From positions 62,001 to 126,000 of the forward strand of contig JAMDHS010000019.1 of NCBI GenBank assembly GCA_029717555.1: a stretch of DNA of 64,000 bases, written 5' to 3'. The position numbers were made by a program, and so were the translations under genes. Each line of letters starts with the position of its first letter. Position 1 is the stretch's first letter. Shown one piece after another: positions 37,440 through 46,680 of this stretch. Origin of the DNA: Peribolospora baueri (Eukaryota). The notes under the pieces were generated by a model. It had not been told where the DNA came from, ran no database searches, and saw only the letters and a list, made by a program, of their open reading frames with translations.

Positions 37440-40400
37440 ATGGCCGCTGCCGTCCTGCGCGCTCCTCGGCACGAGGTCAAGCGCGACTCCGCGCCCACCG
37501 TCTCGCTCCACCCCGTCGCCATGAGGAGCGCCCCAGGCGAGCAGTCGTCCACCACCGTCTCGATCGAGATCCCCTCGACCCCAACCAACGAACCTGCAAA
37601 CCGCCCGCCCGACCGTCTTGGCGGCGACGCTGCCACCCCACGCCCCGTACACCCCTACCGTCCTTGCTCACCGCCCCCGGCTGCCTCGGCCGGCCCGTCC
37701 TACGGCCTCCCAGATCCCCTCCTCGACGACTTTGCCGTTCTCGCCGAGCTGCCCTCGGGCGTCCCCGTTCGCGCTTGCTCCGCCGCTCAGCTCGTCCACA
37801 TGTGGGACCGCCTCGCCTTGGACCATGACACGCATCCCAACGTCGTCTTCCCCTTCCTCCACGGCTGCGACGGCGCCGTCCAGGTCCAAAACTACTACTT
37901 TGGCGTCTCCTCCCAAGGATGCGCCGTGCCCAAGTACCGCGGCCTCACCCTCGTCAGGGCCGACGCCCCCCTCGACGCTCCTTCCTCGCGCCGCTCTTCC
38001 GCCGCCTCTGCGTCGTCCGAAAACGCCAACGCCACTGCTGCTCCTGCTCCTGCCGACGACGACGTGGGCAGCCCTGCCCGCGCCGCGCCGCCCAGCTTGG
38101 CCTCCAGCCACTCGTCCGCCTCGATCGCCGACTCGTTCGACTCGACCAACAGCCTCTTTTCACTCGCCTCGGCCGCCAGCTCGTCGGCCACGACCGTCAT
38201 CTCTGGCTCTTGTTCCGCAGACAGCTCCGGCTTCGGCCATGTCCACAAGCCATACACCCCTCAGCCCGACCACTCGCTCCTCTCCTCCACCCTCCTCCCC
38301 TCCGACCTCCTCGTCCCTGCCCGCGCCTCTCCGCCGCCCTCGACCGCCGCCGCCCTCGATCCCTCTCAACGACCCGTCTTTATCGGCTGCTTGAGGGAAG
38401 ACCGCGCCGATGATAGCCCCTCGACGGCCGCCGACATGGCCGCCTCGTCGCCCAACGCCGCCGCCAATCTCCTTCCTCGCTTCCGCCGACCCGTTCAGAA
38501 AGAAGGCGTCAATCTCCGCAACTGGGGCATTCAACCCGCCTTCTACGCCTCGATCTCCGACATTGTCGTCTACAGCCCCACCCTCGGCCCTGGCCCCACC
38601 GAGCCCGCCCTCGCCCTTGCCCTCAAGCTCGCCCTCGCCCACGAGACGACGCTCATCCAGCGCCAGGTCAGGGGACTGGACAACGGGTTAAGGTACAACG
38701 TCTTTGTCCTCACCGACGGTTTCGACACGGTCCAGCGCGACGCCAGCCACCTCGTCATGGTGCCCGACGAGCGAACGTGCGCGAGCGCCGCTTGGAGTCG
38801 GATGGAGAGCTTGCGAAGGATCGATTTTCCCGAGAGGGAGCAGGAAGAGATGCGCATCCTCACCGAGGCTAAAGAGGGAAACGAGATTGATGAGAATGTC
38901 TGGGTGGGTCCTTTGTCTATCCGACGCCGCCTCGCGCCCGCCTCGCACTCACCCTCGTCCCGTTTCCCTTTTTCTCAACAGCTGGGCAACTCGCAGGACG
39001 TGCCGGCCCCGCACCTCGAGGACGGCATGGGAGCGTCCTCGCTCGGCCTTGGCGCCGACGACCCCAACCCGCTCCGCTTCAGCATCTGTATCGAGGCGCA
39101 CGAAGGCGCGGACATGCCCTGCGAATCCACTCTCGCCCGCGCTCAGCACCACGTCGAAGAGGCAGAAGCCGAGGTTCGACTCGAGCTCGGCGGCGGCGGC
39201 GGCGGCGGCAGCAGCAGCGGCGGCGGTGGTCGGCAGGCAGTCGACGGTTTGGACGACAGCTCGGACGACGAGTCTTCCTCTGCTCGCATCCGCCGCGGCG
39301 TATTCAAGCTCGGCTTGCCCTTGGGCAGCAGCAGGAGCGCGTCTCCGGCCCCAGCTATACCGCCCGCCGAGCTTCCCGCTCCTCACCCGTGCGACATTGT
39401 CCATCTCGAGTGCCCCAGCGGCTTCCACAACCTACGTCCCTCCGCCGTCCAGGCTCGGCTCGAACAGCTCTACTTGCTCTGCGCCTGGATCAAAAAGATG
39501 GCCACCGGCTCGGCGCGCGAGCAGGACGGCACGTCGGTCAAGTCGGGCAAATTTGCCAACTACTTCTCGTCCAACGGCGCCTCCCAGCGCTCGACGCCCA
39601 AGCGGCGCATCCTCATTCACTGTTCCGACGGCTACACCCAGACCTCGGTCTTGGGCCTCTGCTACATCATGTACGCCCGCCACATGACCCTCGCCCAGGT
39701 CATGCTTCATCTTCAGTCCAAGCGCTCCTTCTATCTCTACACCGACGTCGACGGTCCTCACTCGCCCGCCCTGCCTATTCTCAAGCGCTTCGAGGCCATG
39801 CTCGAGCCCGAGCGCAAAAAGTGGCAGGACCAGCAATGGAAGGAGTGGAGGGACAGGGAGCGCAAGGAGCGAGATAGGTCGGACCGGGATCGGCCCGACA
39901 AGGAGCGCGACCGCGACCTTCGGGTTTCCCTTCGCAGACAGCGTCTTGGCTGCGCCGCCGGCGCCCACCGCGGCGACCTCGACGCTTCCTCGCACGCCTC
40001 GTCCTCGTCGACGACCTCCACCACGGTCCCCCTTTCGAACGGCAGCAGCAGCAGCCCTGCCTCGGCTGTCGTCGCCCCCGTCGTCGCCGTCTCTGAGCCG
40101 TCCGTGTGGGCCCGAGGGTTGGCTGCCGCCAGCGGACTCGTAAGCGCCGCCGCCGGTTCGTCCAGCCCCTGTAACGGCAGTGCTTCCGGCGCTCACAGAA
40201 GAAAGTCGCCGGGCCCCCCTGAAGCGGGAGAGGCGCTCGGCCACACGCACATGACCACCACCACCGCCCGTTCTTCGGCCAGGAGCCCCCGCCCGAAATC
40301 GAGCTCTTCCGCCTCGTCCTCCAGCTTTGGTGGTGGCTCGGGATTCGCCCGCATGGACTCGTCGTCGTCGTCGTCGTCACACGGCTCGACTGGCGCCAAT

Positions 40401-41294
40401 GGCAAGTGCGCTTCTTCCGGCGCCGGCGCTTATGACGCCTGGCTCAAACAGCAGCGCGCCCAAGAGCGCCTGGACAGGGTCTGGTTGCACGACGATCGGT
40501 TCCACGGCAGCTTCCCCAGTAGGATCTTGCCGTTCCTCTATCTCGGCAACTTGAACCACGCTCTCAACGCGCAGATGCTTCACGCTCTCGGAATCACTCA
40601 TGTCGTCTCGTGCGGAGAGTCTGCCTTGCAACCTCCCGCGGCGGAAGCTTCTTTCAACATGAGCGACCTCGACTCGCGGGGCCAGGTCCACGTCTCCCCC
40701 GCTCCCGATGGCTTTCCTTCGGCCGCCACGCATCCCAACTCGCTCTGGCACGAGTACCAGGCTGGCCGGATCGACGTGCTGGACCTCCGGGACCTGTGTG
40801 ACGACGGCATCGACTCGTTCGGCTCCAAGCTCCGCCAGGCCGTCGAGTTTGTCGAATCGGCTCGGCTCTCCGGCGGCAAAGCGCTCATTCACTGTCGCGT
40901 GGGCGTGAGCAGGAGCTCGACGATGACCATCGCTTACGTCATGGCCCACCTCGGCATCGGTCTCATCGAGGCCTACCTCTTTGTTCGAAGCCGTCGGTTG
41001 AACATCCTCATCCAACCCACGCTCCCGCTCATGTGGGAGCTGCACAACTGGGAGGCTTTCCTTGCTGCCGAGAGGCGCCGTCGCCGTCTGCTGTGCGAGG
41101 CGGGCACGCCTGTCGACGTCGGGCGCGTCGGGCACGTCGAGCTCGACGTTGAGCTCGACGTTGAGCTCGACGTGCTCGCCGACGAGGAAGGCCGAGGGCG
41201 CGGTCGAGGCGGCGGTGGTGAGGCGGGCAAGTCGATGCTATGGGGTTACATCGGACGCGAGATTTGCGACCTAAACCGACGGTACGGCGTCTGA
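37440..41294 (+). CDS. PPS1: Pps1-like dual-specificity protein phosphatase
   Basis: Active-site motif ALIHCRVGVSRSSTMTIAYVM, preceded by GSFPSRILPFLYLGNLNHALN and DDGID. A degenerate upstream motif ILIHCSDGYTQTS, the N-terminal VVFPFLHG and PKYRGLTLVR, and DFPEREQEEMRILT are characteristic of fungal Pps1. Probable in-frame intron at 38904-38981. Confidence 0.9.
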   Translation: MAAAVLRAPRHEVKRDSAPTVSLHPVAMRSAPGEQSSTTVSIEIPSTPTNEPANRPPDRLGGDAATPRPVHPYRPCSPPPAASAGPSYGLPDPLLDDFAVLAELPSGVPVRACSAAQLVHMWDRLALDHDTHPNVVFPFLHGCDGAVQVQNYYFGVSSQGCAVPKYRGLTLVRADAPLDAPSSRRSSAASASSENANATAAPAPADDDVGSPARAAPPSLASSHSSASIADSFDSTNSLFSLASAASSSATTVISGSCSADSSGFGHVHKPYTPQPDHSLLSSTLLPSDLLVPARASPPPSTAAALDPSQRPVFIGCLREDRADDSPSTAADMAASSPNAAANLLPRFRRPVQKEGVNLRNWGIQPAFYASISDIVVYSPTLGPGPTEPALALALKLALAHETTLIQRQVRGLDNGLRYNVFVLTDGFDTVQRDASHLVMVPDERTCASAAWSRMESLRRIDFPEREQEEMRILTEAKEGNEIDENVWVGPLSIRRRLAPASHSPSSRFPFSQQLGNSQDVPAPHLEDGMGASSLGLGADDPNPLRFSICIEAHEGADMPCESTLARAQHHVEEAEAEVRLELGGGGGGGSSSGGGGRQAVDGLDDSSDDESSSARIRRGVFKLGLPLGSSRSASPAPAIPPAELPAPHPCDIVHLECPSGFHNLRPSAVQARLEQLYLLCAWIKKMATGSAREQDGTSVKSGKFANYFSSNGASQRSTPKRRILIHCSDGYTQTSVLGLCYIMYARHMTLAQVMLHLQSKRSFYLYTDVDGPHSPALPILKRFEAMLEPERKKWQDQQWKEWRDRERKERDRSDRDRPDKERDRDLRVSLRRQRLGCAAGAHRGDLDASSHASSSSTTSTTVPLSNGSSSSPASAVVAPVVAVSEPSVWARGLAAASGLVSAAAGSSSPCNGSASGAHRRKSPGPPEAGEALGHTHMTTTTARSSARSPRPKSSSSASSSSFGGGSGFARMDSSSSSSSHGSTGANGKCASSGAGAYDAWLKQQRAQERLDRVWLHDDRFHGSFPSRILPFLYLGNLNHALNAQMLHALGITHVVSCGESALQPPAAEASFNMSDLDSRGQVHVSPAPDGFPSAATHPNSLWHEYQAGRIDVLDLRDLCDDGIDSFGSKLRQAVEFVESARLSGGKALIHCRVGVSRSSTMTIAYVMAHLGIGLIEAYLFVRSRRLNILIQPTLPLMWELHNWEAFLAAERRRRRLLCEAGTPVDVGRVGHVELDVELDVELDVLADEEGRGRGRGGGGEAGKSMLWGYIGREICDLNRRYGV

Positions 41295-42313
41295 TCGCGT
41301 CATGTTTGGGTCAGGACCGGTAGGATTGTTGTATTCTTCCCATAGTCGCCGCCGCCACCACCGCCTTCTTTCCCTTTTTTCGAGCTCGACAGCATCATGG
41401 CCTTTTTTTCCGACGAGTCGATCCCAGCCGACGTTCGGGACCGACTCGAGCAGACTTTTTTTTTTTTTTTTTCTTCCCTTCGTCGGGGTATTCCTTCCAT
41501 CGTTCGGTGACGGGCGCCCGCTGGGCGCTCAACATATCCATATCCATCCATCCAACTCTGCCGCCCAACGCGACAATGTCCGCCCAAAGGTCAGCTGTCA
41601 CCACTGCATCGTTCGTTCGGCTTTCTGTCACCGGTTTCAGCGCGATTTTCCTTTTTTGTTCGTCGGCGGGTCATCGTTCGGCTTCTGTACCAGTTTATCC
41701 ATCATCCGTCATCCAGCCCAGCCATTCGCCAGTCTTCGCCAGCCCATTGTAACCTCGCCCTCGCCCTTCCTGATCGTTTTCTCTCGCGGCGCTCTCTTCG
41801 TCGTCACGGCTCACCCGCTCGCGCGCAAGGTTGTATCGATTTTTCTTTCTTTCTGTTTTTGTCCTCGATTCGCGTCTGCTTTCGCCGCGTTTTACTCTGT
41901 CTGTCCGTCCGTGCGTCACGCCGTCTGTACGTCCCCGTCGATTCTCTGCCATGCCCCGTGTCCTGTCGTGTCCAAGCTGTTACGTATACCATGTCATTGC
42001 AAACAACCAGCTCACGTCTCTTTCGATCCGTGAGAGGTCTCGACGTGGGCGCCAAGGCCGCGAAGGTCGACGTTTGGCCGTATATAAGACATGATGTAAT
42101 GACTCCGCCGCCCCGCGCCGTCCGATTGCCGTCCGATTGCCGGTTGGGCGGTGGGCCGGTGGTAGTGGATTTAAGGAACGGTGCGGTGCGAGTGATCGAT
42201 GGGCGACTTCCCTCCGGTCCATATAGCTAGCCTAACTAGCACCTTGGCTTCCTCCACTACACGCCTCATTCATCCACATCCTCGCTCGACATTCGACTCA
42301 TTCGACATTCAGC

Positions 42314-42621
42314 ATGGCCTCCTTCAACCCTGCCGCATTCTCCACCTCCACGGCGCCCGTCAACGAGTGCATGCTGGTAAAGTGTGAGTGCCGGATATCC
42401 CTCCTTTGTTCCCTCGTTCCCTTGTTCGTTCGTTCGTTCGTTCGTTCGGGTCCGGGTTCGGGTTCGCGGTCGGGACGGGACGCATGGAATGGGTCTTGAC
42501 GACTGACTGCTTTTTAACCATTCATTGCCTTTGCCTTTTCCTTTCTGGTCTTCCCTGGTCTTGCCTTTCTTTACCTGGTCTTGCTTCGTTTTCGTTTTCT
42601 CGTCCGTCTCCTTCCTTCCTA

Positions 42622-42676
<55 letters not shown>

Positions 42677-43323
42677 TATTTTTTCCTTTCCCTCGTTCCT
42701 TTCACCCCCTCCGCCTTCGATTCGATTCGATTCGGTTTGGTTCGACGATTCGTCGACGATCCGGCGCCGGCGCACGATACGACACGATACGGTACGATAC
42801 GATACGATAGGCGACAAGTGTGGAAAGGTGCGTTGCGTTGCGTTGCCTTGCTTTCTTTATTTCTTTATTTCTTCTTTCTTTCCCTCCGGCCCGGCCCTTC
42901 GTCTCGTCTCGTATCGCTTTCGTCCGCCCTTTTTTTCTTCTTTCCCCCCCGTTTCCCCCTCGTCGTCATCGGTCGTACTACAACGATTGAGGGACCGATC
43001 AATTGGACTGATGGATAGGATGGAGCGAACGAACCGAGTCCCTTGTTTTTAACGGACGAGCCGACTTAACACCCCCTACCTATCTGCTCCCTTCCTTCCC
43101 CATTTTTGCCCACCTGCCCCTCACGTCCACAGACGACCTGGAAAGGGTGCGGCAAGCACGTCGACCAGGTGAGCGAGCCAGCGCCAGCGAGTCGGAACAT
43201 CTCTGTCTCTCTTTCCACGTCTCTTTCTTCTTTTGGAGACTCCCGACGCGCTCATTCATTTCCGGCACGCAGGTCATGGCCAACATCGCCGAGGACGACA
43301 AGTGCAAGTGCCCGCGGTCGTGA
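42314..43323 (+). CDS. 57-aa Cys/His-rich putative metal-binding micro-protein, 4 exons
   Basis: Exons 42314-42383, 42811-42827 (17 nt), 43133-43168 and 43273-43323, all GT-AG and in phase (174 nt). Product: MASFNPAAFSTSTAPVNECMLVKCDKCGKTTWKGCGKHVDQVMANIAEDDKCKCPRS*. Confidence 0.88.
42624..42676 (+). repeat. (TAT)n microsatellite inside intron 1 of the 57-aa gene
   Basis: About 17 consecutive TAT units. They account for the poly-Y/L/I/N artefact ORFs in the track. Confidence 0.95.
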
Positions 43324-43535
43324 ACAGAGAGGCGAATTCCTTCGGCGCCGGTCGCTTTCTTTCTATCTTTTCAAATCAACTCGGGGTCCTGTGAGAATTG
43401 TGTGGAGAATGTTCGACCATGAGGATCGTTTTTCTTTTTTTTTTTTGTATGTAAACGTCCCGAGGAACATGTGGGAATCTAGCACTCGAACCTTCGAGCA
43501 AAGTCGCTTCGCCGCAAGGGAAAAAATAAACATCT

Positions 43536-44645
43536 TCATCGAAGAGGTCCATCCCCCGCGCCGCCGGTGCTGCCGCCATCGCTCGCCTCCGCATCCGTCG
43601 GCGGCCGCCGTGAACGAGCACGTTCGCCGTCGACCAGCTGTCCGATGACGGCCTCGCTCACGATCTCCCTCAACCTCGGCTCCGGGTCCGTCCCCGTCCG
43701 CTCTGCCTCCTCCATGATCGCCTGCACCCGGTTCATCAGCGCCTCCGTAAGCAGCCCGGTCCGCTCGCCTTCGACGACGTCGGCTTCCGAGAGCGCTTCC
43801 GAGAGAGACACGGAAAGCGATTCGCCCGTGGTGGAGGCGAGGTAGGTGGCGATTTCCGGCTGCTCTTCCCACAGACTTCGAGCGGCCTGAAGGTAAACGA
43901 AAGAGAAACGGTGGAGAGCGAGGCGTCAGAAACGTTGACCGACATAGCAACCAGGGTGCGGGGGGGTGGCCGCCGACCGGCATCTCAAAGCGGGTCAGGT
44001 GCACCGGTCACTGACCGTCAAGCCCTCCTTGTTGACATGCTTCGCATCCGCGCCCAGCTCTTCGACGAGGAGCTTGGCAATGTCGAGCCTCTCGACGACA
44101 AAGAGCGGCGTGTCGCCGTCGTCGTCCGTCACGTTCGGGTCGCCGGAGCGCTCAGTGATGAGGTAGCGCCTGCGACAACGGTCCGGAAGGAAAAAGACAG
44201 CGTTTAAGATGGCGCCCGCATGGACGATGAAGCCTCCTCCCTTCCCTCCGTCGTTCCGAGAAGACGAAAGAACGATATGAGCTCGGCGCGACTCACAAAA
44301 TGTCCTCGTGTCCGTACGAAGCGGCGGCGTGCACGGGCGTGTAGGTGAACTGGTCGGCGACGGTCGGGGAAAGGCCTGGAAAGGGCGCGGAGAAAAAAAA
44401 AAAAAAGGAGGGACGGCGTGAGATGGAGAGTGAGGTGGTAGGTCGCACGAGAGTCAGCGTACGAGGGACGGTGTCCTTCCATGTGAGCACCCTCGTTCCT
44501 CCTCCCTCCCTCGTCCGCCACACTCACCCTCCCGCTCCACCAGCTCTTTGACGCGATCTAGATCGCCGTCGCCCGCTGCGAGCCAGATGTTCTTGCCCTG
44601 GGCGTCTGCATCGGGCACGATGTTCTCTCTGAGTCTCCCGGGCAT
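43536..44645 (-). CDS. Small ankyrin-repeat protein (yeast YCR051W-like), 4 exons
   Basis: Spliced product MPGRLRENIVPDADAQGKNIWLAAGDGDLDRVKELVEREG|LSPTVADQFTYTPVHAAASYGHEDIL|RYLITERSGDPNVTDDDGDTPLFVVERLDIAKLLVEELGAD...|...EPRLREIVSEAVIGQL. It has TPxH/TPLF ankyrin motifs. Confidence 0.88.
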
Positions 44646-44977
44646 GGTGGCTGGAATCTGAGAGGACGAGCGGTCCGTAGACACAGGACCGGCGGCCACG
44701 ATCTCTAAAAAAAAACGACGGTCGCATCCAAGGCACGTGGGGGATGACTAAGCCGATCTGACGAGCCCACTTTGGGCTCGTGCCTACATGGGTGTCTCGA
44801 GCGAAAGGAGCGGAGTGGTGGTGCTACTACACCGAGGGTGACAGCAAAGACGGGACGGTGGGGCAGCGGATCGAGATGAAAGATCAAGCAATGATCGATG
44901 GAATCTTCAAGCGAAATCACAGAGCGCTCAGAGACGACGATGGCTGGCCGGGGGAAGTAAAACACCAGCTTCCGATC

Positions 44978-46300
44978 CTACGACGCCCGGCGATTCTCGT
45001 GATGATACCCAGCCTGCCGCCGTCTTCGCGACGCCTCGGAAGCACGGACGGGTACGGCTTCAAGCCCCTTCCCCTCGTGCTGCAGCTCCGCCTCGGACCT
45101 CGAGCTCATCCCCAATTCGCCCCTCCCTCCGCCTCCCTCGCCCTGCCCCGCTCCAGCGAGACGCAACCTGCCCCAGCTGCCTCGGAGCCCGGCCCATATC
45201 TTCTGCCCCGGGGCGGGCTCGATGCTCTCGACCGCATGTCGGATAATGAGCCCCGTCGATGGGTCAAAAGTGTAACGGAAGACGACGGTGTAGTTATGCG
45301 GCGCGTGCGAAACGCGAGAGAGGGCCGTGAAGAGCAGTCGAACGTAAAGAGAATCGGTACGTGAGGATCGCGGGTCCGGAGAGGAGGCGCCGTCGGGAGC
45401 GAGGGCCGATCCTGGCGAGCCTCCACCACCACCATCTTCTCCTCCTCCTCCGCCGCCGCCTTCAGAGACCATATGTAACCTCTCCAGCTGCACCTCGGCC
45501 TCCGAGAAGACAGCATTGAGCGCGTGACGGAGGAGCTGTGCCGAGGCGAGGTAGAGGTGGCGTCCATGGAAACAGAGCTGTGGGGTCAGCGGCGAGGAGA
45601 GGCTCGTGGGCGGCTCGAAGACGAAGGCGATGGAAGGATGATAAATGGAGGTGGACGCGTCTGAAGGCTCTGTGAGCGGTTCGGACGACGTCGACGTCGA
45701 CGACGACCCGCCCCGCTCGTCCTCCCTACCCTTCCCCTTGCCTCCCGATCCGTTCCCAATCCACCGACCCTGCGTCCACCCCTCCAAGCTAGGCAAACTC
45801 AGTCCACCCAGCCCGGGCAAGCTCGAGAACGGCCGGCCACCTCCGCCTCCGCTGCCGTGAGCGCCCTCCACGGTATCCACCAAGCCCATCTCGAGAAAGT
45901 AAGGTAGCGTCTCCCGAAGCAGGCTCACGGCCCGGCCTACCCGAAGCCGATACTCGTGCTCCGACACCTCCTCCGTTGACCCTTTCCTCTTCTTCTCCTT
46001 CGGGTCGGACGGGACGCCGCCGGCGGAAGAGGGCTTCGCGGGCGCGGGGGAAGGGGAGAAGAAGTTTCGAGGGCACCTGTTGTTGTTGTACGACGAGGAC
46101 GACGGGGTGGAGGAGGCTACCATCATCGGCCCTGCCGGTGGTGGATAGAGGGACCCTGGCGGGACGTCGGGGAGAGGAGAGAAGGACAAGCGGCGGGCGC
46201 TCGCGGCCAAGCCTGGGGCCACGATCGTAAGAGAGACAGGCTGGAGGGCCGCGCTGCCCACCAGACGGGCGCTACAGTGGCGAGAAGAGAGACCCCTCAT
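44978..46300 (-). CDS. Conserved-looking fungal hypothetical protein, probably mitochondrial (resembles the Mug163/MMU163, C6orf136-like group); start uncertain (46300 or 46357)
   Basis: Intronless ORF with an Arg/Ser-rich, acid-free N-terminus. Globular blocks: YRLRVGRAVSLLRETLPYFL, SIYHPSIAF, FHGRHLYLASAQLLRHALN and YTFDPSTGLIIRHAVESIEPAP. The family assignment is from memory only. Confidence 0.7.
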   Translation of the reverse strand: MRGLSSRHCSARLVGSAALQPVSLTIVAPGLAASARRLSFSPLPDVPPGSLYPPPAGPMMVASSTPSSSSYNNNRCPRNFFSPSPAPAKPSSAGGVPSDPKEKKRKGSTEEVSEHEYRLRVGRAVSLLRETLPYFLEMGLVDTVEGAHGSGGGGGRPFSSLPGLGGLSLPSLEGWTQGRWIGNGSGGKGKGREDERGGSSSTSTSSEPLTEPSDASTSIYHPSIAFVFEPPTSLSSPLTPQLCFHGRHLYLASAQLLRHALNAVFSEAEVQLERLHMVSEGGGGGGGEDGGGGGSPGSALAPDGASSPDPRSSRTDSLYVRLLFTALSRVSHAPHNYTVVFRYTFDPSTGLIIRHAVESIEPAPGQKIWAGLRGSWGRLRLAGAGQGEGGGGRGELGMSSRSEAELQHEGKGLEAVPVRASEASRRRRQAGYHHENRRAS

Positions 46301-46680
46301 GGTTTGGTATGAATCGACATGGAGGGCGGCGAGGAAGGAGTTGGCGATCGCTCGCATGGATCTCGATCTCGATCGACGACGCGCCCCAACTCCGAGCGTT
46401 AAGTCCAGCGCCAGCTCCTTCGCCGATTGCACACAACGCATCAAGATTGATCAAAGAATCTCAGGATCTAAGATAACTAACTACAAACGTGAACCGATCG
46501 AGGGGTGGTTGTAATTATTGACTTGGCCGCTCGACGCCCGATTTGACGAATCGCCTTGACCCCCTCCCCGCCTAGTGGGGCTCATCATATCATACATGCC
46601 ACTCTGTCAACGAGTGTGCTAAGACTCCGTGCAAGTCACCTGAACGACACGATGTGGACGGGTCGACGTTCTCTTCCTCT

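Noticed and set aside
39600..39670. Second, degenerate phosphatase motif (IHCSDGYTQT) in PPS1 as a novelty
   Set aside because: It is a known feature of the fungal Pps1 family.
42266..43052. ORFs with poly-Asn/Tyr/Leu/Ile tracts
   Set aside because: They are artefacts of the intronic (TAT)n repeat.
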